A DNA stretch of 63,329 nucleotides, counting the filler, from Octopus bimaculoides (lineage: Eukaryota): assembly GCF_001194135.2 (NCBI RefSeq). It is 4 parts of 4 records of this genome, joined end to end, with 100 filler letters (N's around TTAATTAATTAA, not from the genome) between each part and the next. Parts side by side here need not be neighbours in the genome. Positions count along the whole stretch, not along the records: positions 1 to 25,548 come from NC_068986.1; 3 more parts are not named here. The stretch is one strand, 5' to 3'. Position numbers and translations under genes: made by a program. A model generated the notes under the pieces. That model searched no databases. It was not told the origin of the DNA and saw only the letters and a program-made list of their open reading frames with translations. The number at the start of each line of letters is the position of its first letter. The first letter of the stretch is position 1. Positions 1 through 13,450 of this stretch are shown one piece after another.

Positions 1-152
1 GCGTCTATCTTTCTGTCAGTTTGAATGGTGAAGTTCCAGAGGAGTGCAATGTGATCATTTTCAAGTACTGGGGGTGGTTTGTGTTCCCACCAGTTTTTAT
101 CATGGGGCAAGTCCAGGTTTTTGCATATTACCCAGTGAATATATTGTGAATA
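1..152 (-). mobile_element. 5'-truncated fragment of an R4/Dong-clade (RLE) non-LTR retrotransposon, running off the window start
   Basis: Minus-strand translation QYIHWVICKNLDLPHDKNWWEHKPPPVLENDHIALLWNFTIQTDRKIDA matches the HW..C...WxEHxP..VLEN...LWxFxIQTD region just before the PD..D restriction-like endonuclease motif of R4/Dong/Rex6 ORFs. Not shown in the ORF track. Confidence 0.85.

Positions 153-214
<62 letters not shown>
153..214. repeat. (ATT/AAT)n microsatellite
   Basis: About 20 perfect ATT units abutting the R4/Dong fragment. Confidence 0.95.
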
Positions 215-280
215 GGGTGGTGATCTGGCAGAAATGTTAGCACACCGGGCGAGATGCTTAGCGATATTTCGTCTGTCTTA
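213..280 (+). mobile_element. SINE family B, 5' head fragment
   Basis: ggtggtgatctggcagaaatgttagcacaccgggcgagatgcttagcgatatttcgtctg matches the heads of the copies at 48509 and 60721. Confidence 0.75.
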
Positions 281-369
281 GTGCGCGACAGCATGAGTTG
301 TTATCATCATTACATCATCTTCTCCATCATCGTCACGATCATCATCAGCAGCATCAGAAGTAGCAGCAA

Positions 370-401
<32 letters not shown>

Positions 402-419
402 GCAGCATCGGCAGATACT

Positions 420-561
420 CTCTTTCTACTCTAGGAACAAAGGCCCGAAATTTTGGGGGAGGAGGCCAATCGATTAGATCGACCACAGTACACAACTGGA
501 ATTTGATTTATCGACCCCGAAAGAATGAAAGACATAGTTGACCTCGGCGGAAACTGAACTC
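420..561 (-). mobile_element. SINE family B (tail B1), 5'-truncated
   Basis: Matches the copies at 14681 and 31674 (ctactctagg..aaggcccgaaatttt..gatcgacc..tttatcgaccccgaaag). Confidence 0.85.
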
Positions 562-887
562 ATTATATTAATATGTACTATAATGTATCAGATATTGCAG
601 GTGAAATGAAGACAAATTCTATCATATGTTTACCTGACGATTCGGCACATTTTCGTTGGTGTAGAAAAGCTAATGTCATTTTCGTATTCAACAGGAAAAC
701 CTTCATAGAAAAGCACACACAATACGAACAGGTGTAGAATTATTTTCGTAACAATGTATTGCCTCGCGCTTCTACATCAGTACAGGCACAAGAACTCACC
801 GGACACTGGTGCTCCAGAAATTCTTATAATCCTCACTGATTTATAATCGGCATCTTCAAATTCCTACGGACCCCCAAAGTGTGCGTT

Positions 888-1263
888 AACACTCCGTCGC
901 TTACGACGTCGAGGGTTCCAGTTGACCCGAGCAACGGAACAGCCTGTTCGTGAAATTAAATTGCAAGTGGCTGAGCACTCCACAGACACGTGTACCCTTA
1001 ACGTAGTTCTCGGGGATATTCAGCGTGACACAGTGTGACAAGCCTTACCCTTTGAATTACAGGTACAACAGAAACAGGAAGTAAGAATGAGAGAAAGTTC
1101 TGGTGAAAGGGTACAGCAGGGTTCGCCACCATCCCTTGCTGGAGCCTCGTGGAGCTTTAGGTGTTTTCGCTCAATAAACACTCACAACGCCCGGTCTGAG
1201 AATCGAAAGCGCGATTCTATGACCGCGAGTCCGCTGCCCTAACCACTGGGCCATTGCGCCTCC
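888..1263 (-). mobile_element. SINE family A, full length, tRNA-like head
   Basis: Highly similar to 10481-10869 and to the reverse complement of 32518-32901. A/B-box-like head (tggcccagtggttagg...gaatcgcg). Flanks share gaccccaaagt (TSD-like). Confidence 0.92.
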
Positions 1264-1269
1264 ACAGAC

Positions 1270-1565
1270 CCCAAAGTACTTTAGTGGTATTCTGCCACAT
1301 GTTTCTTATAGAAGCAGACGTTGCTGATATGACCGATACAAGATAGTCAGACCCTGTGGCACTAAAGGTACTGACAGTAATCCCGAACAATAGCCGCACG
1401 GGGTTGATGATGACGTCTCTTCTTCTTTTCATGCAATCGTGTGCATTCAGTTTCAAAGCCCTCCACTCCAGCATCACACACGGACCTCCATGCACCCCGA
1501 TTAACAGCCAGAGTCTCCAACCGATTGAGCGGAATACCGCATAAAATGAGAGACTGCTTGTACAG
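1270..1565 (-). mobile_element. Decayed RTE-clade LINE, 3' end of ORF2
   Basis: KQSLILCGIPLNRLETLAVNRGAWRSVCDAGVEGFETE..EKKKRR followed by a broken C..C/SCIGHIS zinc-knuckle remnant, typical of the RTE C-terminus; in-frame stops present. Confidence 0.75.
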
Positions 1566-1721
1566 TTTTAATAAATGCAATGGTACCTGTATTTAATTTA
1601 ATATTTGTCTGATTTAGAGTTTGTTGACCAAGGTGGCCACTCCTGGATTGTAAAATCAATGACCCAGAAAGTCTTTGGAACCAAAAGTTCCGGAAATTTG
1701 ATGTTGTCCTAGACCACTGTC

Positions 1722-2022
1722 GTTGTTGTTGTTGTTGGCACTCCGTCGCTTACGACGTCGAGGGTTCCAGTTGATCCAATCAACGGAAACAGCCTGCTCG
1801 TGAAATTAACGTGCAAGTGGCTGAGCACTCCACAGACACGTGTACCCTTAACGTAGTTCTCGGGGATATTCAGCGTGACACAGTGTGTGACAAGGCTGAC
1901 CCTTTGAATTACAGGTACAACAGAAACAGGGAGTAAGAGTGAGAGAAAGTTGTGGTGAAAGAATACAGCAGGGTTCGACACCATCCCCTGCCGGAGCCTC
2001 GTGGAGCTTTAGGTGTTTTCAC
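1722..2022 (-). mobile_element. SINE family A, head lost in the gap
   Basis: (GTT)n tail plus body nearly identical to 888-1263; ends at an N gap. Confidence 0.9.
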
Positions 2023-2741
2023 NNNNNNNNNNNNNNNNNNNNNNNNNNNNNNNNNNNNNNNNNNNNNNNNNNNNNNNNNNNNNNNNNNNNNNNNNNNNNN
2101 NNNNNNNNNNNNNNNNNNNNNNNNNNNNNNNNNNNNNNNNNNNNNNNNNNNNNNNNNNNNNNNNNNNNNNNNNNNNNNNNNNNNNNNNNNNNNNNNNNNN
2201 NNNNNNNNNNNNNNNNNNNNNNNNNNNNNNNNNNNNNNNNNNNNNNNNNNNNNNNNNNNNNNNNNNNNNNNNNNNNNNNNNNNNNNNNNNNNNNNNNNNN
2301 NNNNNNNNNNNNNNNNNNNNNNNNNNNNNNNNNNNNNNNNNNNNNNNNNNNNNNNNNNNNNNNNNNNNNNNNNNNNNNNNNNNNNNNNNNNNNNNNNNNN
2401 NNNNNNNNNNNNNNNNNNNNNNNNNNNNNNNNNNNNNNNNNNNNNNNNNNNNNNNNNNNNNNNNNNNNNNNNNNNNNNNNNNNNNNNNNNNNNNNNNNNN
2501 NNNNNNNNNNNNNNNNNNNNNNNNNNNNNNNNNNNNNNNNNNNNNNNNNNNNNNNNNNNNNNNNNNNNNNNNNNNNNNNNNNNNNNNNNNNNNNNNNNNN
2601 NNNNNNNNNNNNNNNNNNNNNNNNNNNNNNNNNNNNNNNNNNNNNNNNNNNNNNNNNNNNNNNNNNNNNNNNNNNNNNNNNNNNNNNNNNNNNNNNNNNN
2701 NNNNNNNNNNNNNNNNNNNNCACACACACACACAAACAAAC

Positions 2742-2781
<40 letters not shown>

Positions 2782-3079
2782 AACAAAACACACAACACAA
2801 TAAATAACAAAATAAATATATAAATATAGATATAAGTTAAATACAAATACAAACAGAACGAGATGAGATGGAAGTAATTCGATTGATATTTGTTCATGAT
2901 GCTATTACTATTAGTGTTTTTTTATTGATTTTATTGTAGCTGTTGTTGTTTGCTTTTGTTTGTTATTTGACAATATTACTATTGCTGTTAACGTTTGGTG
3001 TTGTTGTTGTTGTTCTTATTTATTTCAATTTAAGATGAGATAATTTTTTTTATTCGAGACATCTCTTTGATCAACCATT

Positions 3080-3354
3080 ATAATAAAGCTGGCGTTGGTG
3101 ATGTATTTTTCATCACCCACCAAACACGTCCCACCCCACCTCCGCCACATCAATCTCCTCCCCCCAACATCTTCCTCTTCCTCCACCTCATCCTCATCAT
3201 TTTCGTCCAATTCTTCATCATCATCATCAGCTGCTTATCATTATTATTATTATTATTATTATTATTAAGAAAGAATTAACATTATGATTATGATTATCAT
3301 TATTATCATTATTATTATTGGTATTATTATTCTTATTATTATTATTATTATTAC

Positions 3355-3411
<57 letters not shown>

Positions 3412-3455
3412 CATAATTATCATTATTTCTATTATTATCATCATCATTATTGTTA

Positions 3456-3532
<77 letters not shown>

Positions 3533-3535
3533 TTC
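3080..3535. repeat. Low-complexity (CAT/CCT)n then long (ATT)n tract
   Basis: Direct inspection; source of the poly-I and poly-N pseudo-ORFs. Confidence 0.9.
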
Positions 3536-4525
3536 CTTTTTTTCCACTTATTCTTTTTCTCTTGCTTGTATGTTACAATGTTACGATGAACGTTTGATTA
3601 CTTCGTACTTTGATTAGGCTACGACGTTCTGCTTATACATAACTACATGTATGTGTGTGTATATNNNNNNNNNNNNNNNNNNNNNNNNNNNNNNNNNNNN
3701 NNNNNNNNNNNNNNNNNNNNNNNNNNNNNNNNNNNNNNNNNNNNNNNNNNNNNNNNNNNNNNNNNNNNNNNNNNNNNNNNNNNNNNNNNNNNNNNNNNNN
3801 NNNNNNNNNNNNNNNNNNNNNNNNNNNNNNNNNNNNNNNNNNNNNNNNNNNNNNNNNNNNNNNNNNNNNNNNNNNNNTATATATATATATATATATATAT
3901 ATCCGTATGTATATACCTATATGCATTCAATACAATTATCCGTACATAAACACAGCTACATCCATGTGTAACAAGTACATATCTTACGTGCAATTATCCG
4001 TTCGTACATACTTACACAGATAGTCACATAAATAATTATGTACACACTTAGGTAGATCTCTTACATATATACTTACAGAAATAGATAAATGAAAGTAATT
4101 AGAAATTGTTTTATTCTTTATATTTAATTTAAATATGTTTTNNNNNNNNNNNNNNNNNNNNNNNNNNNNNNNNNNNNNNNNNNNNNNNNNNNNNNNNNNN
4201 NNNNNNNNNNNNNNNNNNNNNNNNNNNNNNNNNNNNNNNNNNNNNNNNNNNNNNNNNNNNNNNNNNNNNNNNNNNNNNNNNNNNNNNNNNNNNNNNNNNN
4301 NNNNNNNNNNNNNNNNNNNNNNNNNNNNNNNNNNNNNNNNNNNNNNNNNNNNNNNNNNNNNNNNNNNNNNNNNNNNNNNNNNNNNNNNNNNNNATATATG
4401 CATGTATGTATATATACAGTCTTACATTGTCGTATTATTCTTTAGCTATTATCTATAGTCTATGTGATAAATTTCGATACATATGTATATATGATGTGTA
4501 TTTTTGAGTGTATGCATAAGAACTG

Positions 4526-4560
<35 letters not shown>

Positions 4561-4561
<1 letters not shown>

Positions 4562-5760
4562 CCAAATGCTGGAATCCGTGGAAAACCACTACACTGGATT
4601 GGGTATTTTCTGGAGAATAGAACAGAACACCTGTTTTCATTGGTGGGATCCACTCAAGCCCAGCAAAAGTCACCAATGGTGTCTCTCAGGTTACTATCGT
4701 GGGTCCGCTGCTGTTTAGTCTATATATACGACATTTGAAATTCATCAAACACGGCAAACTGAAAATATTCGTCGATGACTCCAAGTCCAGAAAATTATCA
4801 ATGAAGAAGACCGAACTGAACTCCAGTTTAATCACCATGCCGTAAATCAATGGACAGGCGAAAACAAAATGAGACTAAACGAGGGAAAATTGGAACCGAT
4901 GCATTTGGGAAAAAAGATGATACAAAATTAATCATGTTCTTTAGAAAGCAGTGGATATGGTTGTGGGAGCCACTCGTTGTATCTAACAATGTCAGAAACT
5001 CAGGAGTAACTGTTGACAAGAATCTCAACTGGAGTGCCCACATCAACAATAAGGTCGATATAACTCAAAGGAGGAGCTCCCGAATCCTAAGAACCTTCCG
5101 GTCCAGAGAACAAGGTGTCATCATTGCTTTGTTCTCCTTTGTGCGGTCACACCTCGAATACTGCTCCCCCTGTCGTCTCCCCATACGAAACAAAACATTT
5201 CGAATATTGAATCACCTCGGAGGGTATTCAATAAAAGAATGAAGGGCATGGCTGATCTCAATGATTGGAACCTCCTTAAAACATTGAAGCTCTATTCTCT
5301 CCAGCGCTGCCGTGAGCGATACTTCATATGCACGATGTTGAGAATATACCACCAGCATTGCCCAAACGACCCCAACATTAGTTTCAGAATTTATCCAAGG
5401 CTAAGACCATGGGCCATATGTCCCCTACTCAATTCAGAATCTCAATACATAAATACACTGCAACACAATTTCTTTTCCTCAACAGGCCCTGCACTATTTT
5501 ACATTGTCACAGAACAGATCAAATGAGAAAAGGATCTCATCATCTTTGAACGCAATTTGGACAAATATTTCTAAGGGATACCATATAAGCCAGCTATACC
5601 TGGATATAACACACTCAACAAGAACTCTCTACTCAAATGAGTCGTGATACCACAAACCTTGACTTAAAAATGATTTAGCAAATCCTATCAAGTGGTGCTG
5701 TTAAGTTAGGCATACCCTGGGCTCGTCTTTGGTCGAAACATATCTAAGTTATCCAAGCTA
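4561..5760 (+). mobile_element. Decayed L2/CR1-group LINE: RT domain to 3' end
   Basis: Frame-shifted translation gives GIRGKPLHWI..FLENRT, NGVSQVTIVGPLLF (GVPQGSVLGPLLF), KIFVDDSK (FADD), NSGVTVDKNLNWSAHIN, FVRSHLEYCSP, LKLYSLQRCRERY; ends in a TA-rich tail. Confidence 0.9.
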
Positions 5761-5997
5761 TATATGTATATATATATCACAGTATCGACCAGATTATCAG
5801 ATGATGTTATACATCACTGGTCACTACGCGCTTACAATTTTGTCTTGATTGCACGATTCTTTTCCATTCTGATCCAAATTGCTTAACTAAATCGTCTTCC
5901 CAACGTCGTAGATGCCTACCAAGCGGCTTTTTCTGATTTCTTTGATAGCTCTCGGCAACTGCATATGTTTATTCTAACACAGCCCATAGAACGAGCG

Positions 5998-6063
<66 letters not shown>

Positions 6064-6594
6064 NNNNNNNNNNNNNNNNNNNNNNNNNNNNNNNNNNNNN
6101 NNNNNNNNNGTTTGTGTGTGAATGAATGCAAAAATACATTAAGCAGGATATAACGTAAACAATTCAAAATTATTTACGAATATATCAGTAGGTAGAACAT
6201 GCGATCAAAAATGTCTTCACAAAAAAGAGTGTATAAGCGTGAATAAATCACAGTCATAACGCAGAGGGTTATAAAAACCCTTACATGTCTAGAAATAGCA
6301 GTCAAAACCGCTATAAATCCACTATAAATACTCATATTCTAATCTCCTCAACAATAAAAGCTGTCGGTCAGCGACAAGACATAAAAATTCAAAATTTAAA
6401 TAAAAACAAAAGGTTAGTCCTCTATTGCAATTTCGAAGTTAGGAAACAAAAATATATCCATTCTTCCTGTACATAGAAATTAACGTAACTTGGGCTTAAC
6501 ATGTGTCCCGACCGGAAAGAATAATGAGTCGAAGTTTATGTACACAATTCAAATTCTGAATTCGAACGTCATGCACAACGTTTATAAGAAGAGA

Positions 6595-6688
6595 CTCGGT
6601 GGAATTTGAACTCAGAACGTAATGGCAAATGAAATACTGCTAAGTATTTCGCCCGGCATGCTAACCTTTCAGCCAGCTCGCCGCCGTA
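6595..6688 (-). mobile_element. SINE family B head fragment
   Basis: ctcggtggaatttgaactcagaacg...cagctcgccgcc shared with other family B copies. Confidence 0.8.
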
Positions 6689-7436
6689 AAATGTTTAACA
6701 TAGCAACAACAAAACATATTTGATATAATGAGAATATTAACTGACATATTTGGTGACTTGAAAAAATCAGTTTACAATACTTATCATGCGTTTTGAGGCA
6801 CCATACTCATCCTAAATATATTTATAGTTTCTTGGAACAAATCTTATGAAGAGCCATGAAAATTTCCAAAATGGTTGTCACAAATTTTTTATCGATGTTA
6901 ATCATATTACCGAATTCTCTATCTGTCAAAGAATAACCTTTCTTGTAGATCAATCCTAGATTATGCTTTTAGATCCATGATTTAAGACGTGATCTAAGTT
7001 TAAATATTGTTGAAGAGTTTATCTATGTTACTAAGTTTTAGCTCTAGATTAGCTCTGATTAGATAAACCTCTCGATAATGTTAACCCTGTCACAACCATT
7101 GCATCCTTTGTTTTCAGCTTCACTACTAATAATATATCTAAGAATACATTGTTCATTGTGACCATTCTGGATACAATATGAGGTCCCCTTGCCTGTTATT
7201 TCTAGCAAGGGGAATGCATGTGAAGAGATTCTCATGCCTGTTTTAAGGGAGATTGATCGAGGCGAGCAATCTTGGAGAAGGTACTCTCAAAGACTCCTAG
7301 GAATGGAATATTAATAGTAATGATATGACGTCTACTCCCAAGAAATAAGGTTTCTTTCTTTTAATCAACAAAGCTATAAACAAGCTTACATACAAATCGA
7401 AAATGCTCACAAATATACCTCTGTAAATATATATAT

Positions 7437-8070
7437 GGAGGCACAATGGCCCAGTGATTAGGGCAGCGGACTCGCGGTCGGAGGATCGTGGTTNNNNNNN
7501 NNNNNNNNNNNNNNNNNNNNNNNNNNNNNNNNNNNNNNNNNNNNNNNNNNNNNNNNNNNNNNNNNNNNNNNNNNNNNNNNNNNNNNNNNNNNNNNNNNNN
7601 NNNNNNNNNNNNNNNNNNNNNNNNNNNNNNNNNNNNNNNNNNNNNNNNNNNNNNNNNNNNNNNNNNNNNNNNNNNNNNNNNNNNNNNNNNNNNNNNNNNN
7701 NNNNNNNNNNNNNNNNNNNNNNNNNNNNNNNNNNNNNNNNNNNNNNNNNNNNNNNNNNNNNNNNNNNNNNNNNNNNNNNNNNNNNNNNNNNNNNNNNNNN
7801 NNNNNNNNNNNNNNNNNNNNNNNNNNNNNNNNNNNNNNNNNNNNNNNGACTCGCGGTCGTAGGATCGCTGTTTCGATTCCCAGACCGGGCATTGTGATAT
7901 TTTTGTTGTACCTATATTTCAAAGGGCCAGCTTTGTCACACTCTGTGTCACGCTGAATCTCCTCAAGAACTACGTTAACTACACACATTAATTTCACAAT
8001 TACACACGTTAATTTCACGAGCAGGCTGTTCCGTTGATCGGATCAACTGGAACACTCGTCGTCGTAACCA
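7437..8070 (+). mobile_element. SINE family A head, gap, then an internally deleted family A copy
   Basis: ggaggcacaatggcccagtgattagggcagcggactcgcgg (7437-7493); 7848-8070 repeats the head and jumps to the 3' body, ending cgtcgtaacc. Confidence 0.85.
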
Positions 8071-8563
8071 TACCTTTATATCATTCACAACTGTACCACG
8101 ACGCCTGAATAAATCTGACGCAATAAAGAAAACACAAAATTACAAATTCACTGCCTTCCCTTAAAAACCCCTTTACGTTCGTTGATCCCTGAGAAAAACA
8201 AAAACAAGGAAAAGAAAAGAATACGATGATTTATTAGCAACGGCCTTACTCGTTTAACGGGTTGGTAGCTATGATATACGTACGTATTACGCATAAGTAG
8301 TGTCCATAGAGGGTGTTGAGCAAAGCATTAAGACCACAGCGAAAACAAACAAGAAATATATATATAATAGAAACGTTATATGGATTTACAGCGGATTCGC
8401 ACGATCCATGGTGGTGTCAGTGTTTCTTTTTTAATAGGGTTTGAAAGAGCGACTAGCAACAGTGATGTGGCAGTTATTGGTAAAAAAATAATGGTCGTAA
8501 TTGATTGGTTAGTTGACAGATTAATTGCAGACCTGACTACCTGGAGCGTGTACTGAATAGACG

Positions 8564-8565
<2 letters not shown>

Positions 8566-8612
<47 letters not shown>

Positions 8613-8726
8613 GTTCTGTCTGTTTATCTGTGCGTATGTGTGTGTTTGCATGTATATAGATTAGGAACAAAGAGACAGATAGGCAGACAGACACACAGAC
8701 ACATAGATAGATAAATAGATAGACAC

Positions 8727-8760
<34 letters not shown>

Positions 8761-8777
8761 GGATCGATAGATCGATC

Positions 8778-8852
<75 letters not shown>

Positions 8853-8855
8853 GAA
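8566..8855. repeat. Compound microsatellite (GT)n/(GA)n/(GACA)n/(GATA)n
   Basis: Direct inspection. Confidence 0.95.
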
Positions 8856-9109
8856 GGGAAGGTGAGATGGTTATATTCTAATATTGAACATTTATTTAAA
8901 ATAGCGTATAAAGCTGCGTATACTTGGATTTAGACTATATGGCATCTCATCCGCTCTCTCTCTCTCTTTCTTTCTCTCTCTCTCTCCCTTAATTTTTTAC
9001 AAACACACATATACTTACATAGATACATAAATACATACATACATACAAACAAAAATGCATACATACATATATACATACATACATACATACAAAAAACGCA
9101 TGCATACAT

Positions 9110-9141
<32 letters not shown>

Positions 9142-10480
9142 GCATAGCATGACTAGTGCAAACATCCAGTGTAAACAAACAGAACACTTGTTCAGCTCGT
9201 GACTAATTCGCTCGCCATAATTAATGTCACGGCCATAAACATTGTCAAATAAGTATGTATTATTTTGTTCTCTATCGCATTCATCGAAGAAACCTTTCAA
9301 AAAATATCGTAGCAATATTTGTCACAAAATTGAAACCACAATGTGGAGGGAAACCCTACAAAGAACATGACAGGACACGACAACCTCACCGACATTGGCG
9401 AAGAAACGCAGAAGATAAGATATAGATTGAGAAAGTAAACAGAATCATATTAGTATAGTTATCAATAAAATCGAATTTATATGTTAGATTATTTTTTTAA
9501 AGTTATGAATTCAAGTATGACATCTTTAATTGCTGTACAATTCTAAGAAAATATCCCCTAATTGGTTTTGTGAATAGAATGGAGTTACTCTCAAACGAAC
9601 TTTACCTAAAGCTAAATTTTTTTTTTAATTTTTGTTTGCGACAAAACAATTATACAAACATGCGACAGTTTTTGAACTCGAGAACAACGTTAATTGTAAT
9701 TCTATTTCCAAAAGTGAAACAGTACAAAAATAACGGTAGAGGAATGTACTGCTTATTCTTTGAATACAAATAATTACAGAAAGTATGTTGTGGTTAAATG
9801 TAGCAACAGACCAGACCGATACAAGCCGAAAGAAACTAGACTTGCGAGAAAGAGAAACCTAATCTTCCTCAAAATACCACTCTCGTTACCACCACCACCA
9901 CTCCCACACAGACACCCACTGGCTGCATTGGATATTGTAGTCCGGTCCCCTGCACATGGGAAAATGTTTGGATGGTCATGGTTTGAATATTTTTGCTGAA
10001 AGATAACCTAGGGTTGAACACACTCAACACCATCAACAATAAATCAAAACTCTGTCTGCTGTTATTTTATTTCACAGTATGGCTGGTAGTCGCTCGATTT
10101 GCTAGAAATAGCAGCTTCATCTCTTATAATAAATCACCATTCATCGCCATAGAAAATGGTATGTTGACTAAAGCGATAGCGGTCTCGCAGCACATACGAA
10201 AAAAAAAAGGAGAAAAGGAGTCATTACATTTGCAATGCTTTTGCCCGATCAGAGTTCACACTTGTGATATTGACTGTTTCAAATAAAATTATACTAACGA
10301 AAGGGACTTTAAGCCTCAAACAGTTTGTGAAGGTCACAACAAAGACGTTCCAATGCATCTACTAATCACCGAGCTTTAAAGTGTATTCATGTATCGTGTG
10401 TGCTTACCCAAGATAAACATTCTCGTGAGATCTGAAAAGGATCTATTCGGAAAGTAATCCTCAAATGATGAACAGGAATA

Positions 10481-10869
10481 TTGTTGTTGTTGGCACTCCG
10501 TCGGTTACGATGTCGAGGGTTCCAGTTGATCCGATCAACGGAACAGCCTGCTAGTGAAATTAACGTGCAAGTGGCTGAGCACTCCACAGACGCGTGTACT
10601 CTTAACGTAGTTCACGGGGATATTCAGCGTGACACAGTGTGACAAGGCTGACCCTTTGAATTACAGGCACAACAGAAACACGAAGTAAGAGTGAGAGAAA
10701 GTTGTGGTGAAATAGTACAGCAGGGTTCGCCACCATCCCCTGCCGGAGCCTCGTGGAGCTTTAGGTGTTTTCGCTCAATAAACACTCACAACGCCCGGTC
10801 TGGGAATCGAAACCGTGATCCTATGACCGCGAGTCCGCTGCCCTAACCACTGGTCCATTGTGCCTCCAC
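10481..10869 (-). mobile_element. SINE family A, full length with 11-bp TSD
   Basis: TSD gaacaggaata at 10470-10480 and 10870-10880; (TTG)n tail; tRNA-like head. Confidence 0.95.
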
Positions 10870-11064
10870 GAACAGGAATATACAACTAGGTAAATTGTAC
10901 AGTTTAATAGACGGCAGTTTGCTTCTTTACAGTATGTCATGCAGGAGTACGTGGTCAGAAATTGTAGCAGTAAGTTAGATAAACAGGAAATAATATGTTG
11001 GAATAAGAGGTGAAGAATATTATCTCACGCTTGAATGATGTTGTTTTTCATATGAAGATGCGTG

Positions 11065-11160
11065 GCCAAGTAGTTTGCGTGTTGCACTTACGATCGCAAG
11101 ATAATGGTTTCGAATACCGGAGCTGGTGGCGCGTTGTGTTCTTGAGCAAAACATTTGATC
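11065..11160 (+). mobile_element. SINE family E head (a matching tail fragment lies at ~11517-11580)
   Basis: gcgtggccaagtagtt..gatcgcaag..ggtttcgaatacc..gcgttgtgttcttgagcaaaaca resembles 58620-58730; aaaccgggaaaccg resembles the 58820 tail. Confidence 0.65.
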
Positions 11161-13017
11161 ACAATAAACAGATCAGCTGTGCAGATTGTTCGGCATGAAG
11201 TCTCAGAAGAGAGAATCCAATATTATTAGCCAAATATAGGAAATAGCGAGAAAATATCTGGTAAACTAATGGACCAGCGATGCCCGTAAAACACCTGAGT
11301 GTTACGGCCAATACTAATTTTGTGGAATTAGCCCCTATGAAGAGGTCCACATTATAAGCAGATTTCACAACTATAAGATATATTGTAAGGCAGTCCGTCA
11401 AAAATAATGCAATCTGTCGAAAGGATTGTTGTGTATATAAAGACATGTAATCTAATTGTGAAGTCGAGGGAATAGACACCAGCAGTAAGACAGCAATACG
11501 ACAGCATACACCATAAAAACCGGGAAACCGGGCCTATGAGCCTGGTTAGGCTTTAAAAGGGCGCCTAAATAAATAAAAATAATAATATCTATGTTTATTG
11601 GCAGAGTCGGTTACGCCAGTAAATGACTAAATGGGACTGAAGTTTTCAATGAAAGAAAGTGATCTTCTGTTAGACACGCCAGAAATAAGCGCAATGTTAA
11701 ACATACAAAGCATTTCTAAAAGTTCAGCACATAATATTTAATTATCTTGTTAATCTGTTTCCGACGATAGAATTTTATTTCCTTCTCAGAAACAAGCTAA
11801 TCCATTCGTTATAGGAAAGAGTGAAGTATGTAGAAAGAAAGGAAAGCAACTCTTACCTATATAGGTACATACATACACACACACGCGCGCGCGTATGTGT
11901 GTGTGTTTATATACGCACACACAGACATGTTCTTGCATACATTCATATACTCTTATATTATTACTACACACATGTATATATGTATGTACATTTGCATGCA
12001 TACATGTATATATAAATATATGCGTGCATACCATTCATACATAAATACAAACATACATAGATACGAACAAACATTTATACATACATACACGCATACATAC
12101 ATACACGCATACATACATACACGCATACATACATACCTGTCTTCATACATGCACGCATACATGAATACATACAAGCATATATATATATANNNNNNNNNNN
12201 NNNNNNNNNNNNNNNNNNNNNNNNNNNNNNNNNNNNNNNNNNNNNNNNNNNNNNNNNNNNNNNNNNNNNNNNNNNNNNNNNNNNNNNNNNNNNNNNNNNN
12301 NNNNNNNNNNNNNNNNNNNNNNNNNNNNNNNNNNNNNNNNNNNNNNNNNNNNNNNNNNNNNNNNNNNNNNNNNNNNNNNNNNNNNNNNNNNNNNNNNNNN
12401 NATATATATACAAACATACATATACTCATGCATACACACATACTACTTACCTACATACATTCATACACTAAGGTATACATAGACACATACATAAAAAACA
12501 TACGAACATATATAAATATACATACAAGCTTACATACATACACATATACTTACATGCATAGATAAATACATGCTTCAATACATACATACATACATAAAAA
12601 AATATACATCGAACATACAAACATACACCCATACAAACATGCATACACATTCATTCACGCATACACACACATACACGTATATATATACACAGACATACAC
12701 AGAGATCAAACATTTAAAGATGGCTGGCTCTCTGCCTACTCCCCTATCGCCTAGTTTATCATGGCTACAGTTTGTTAGAGATACACCAAACGAGACAAGA
12801 GATAAGACGAGAAAGAAGGAAGGTGAAGATGGAATTTAAATACACAAAAACAAACAGTACATAGATAAAACTGATCGGGTCTTGTACTTCACGACCAAAT
12901 GGTAGTGGTGGAAGTAGTGGGTCGATATCATGGTGTAGAAGATGGTTGGGTTAGGTGTTGTTGTGGTAGCAATGGTGGGTCTTGTTATGTGTTTGCTGCT
13001 GAAGTAGTGGTTTAGCA

Positions 13018-13218
13018 TGTATGTACTGTCTCGACTGGCGGGGCTCATTGGGCTGGATAACCGGTTTCCGTGACGTATAAATAGAGCCGGTTGAGACTCA
13101 ATGAGGCCCTAATCGCTTAAAATACCATTCGTGCGGTGCCCCCTTTCTTCTCTTCATGCGCTTCGTACGGGTTTATTTCGCTTAATGGTCATTCCGCGTT
13201 GCGTATAAGTGACCAACA
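13018..13218 (+). mobile_element. Possible solo LTR or compact Pol II promoter module
   Basis: TG...CA ends; flanks tagca/ttgca (4/5 match, possible TSD); GC box GGCGGG, reverse CCAAT (ATTGG), TGACGT directly followed by TATAAATA (13077-13084). GC-rich relative to flanks. Confidence 0.35.
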
Positions 13219-13450
13219 TTGCAACATTCCTCCTGAAATTGATGCCAGTGCATCGAAGGCTCATTCATTTACAGCTGAGTGAACTGGAACAACGTGTTAA
13301 GGAAGTAATTTGCTCAAACGCGCAACGCATCGTCTGGTTGGGAATAGAAAGTACGATCTTACAATCGTGAGGGCAACACCAATAACCACAAGACTACATG
13401 CCTTCACAAGGCTTTGCTTGAAACTTTATCAAATAAACTCATTATTCAAA

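Noticed and set aside
8930-12650. Many ORFs rich in Y/I/H/T/C/V here and throughout the window
   Set aside because: They are translations of (TA)n, (CA)n and (TACA)n microsatellites or N gaps.
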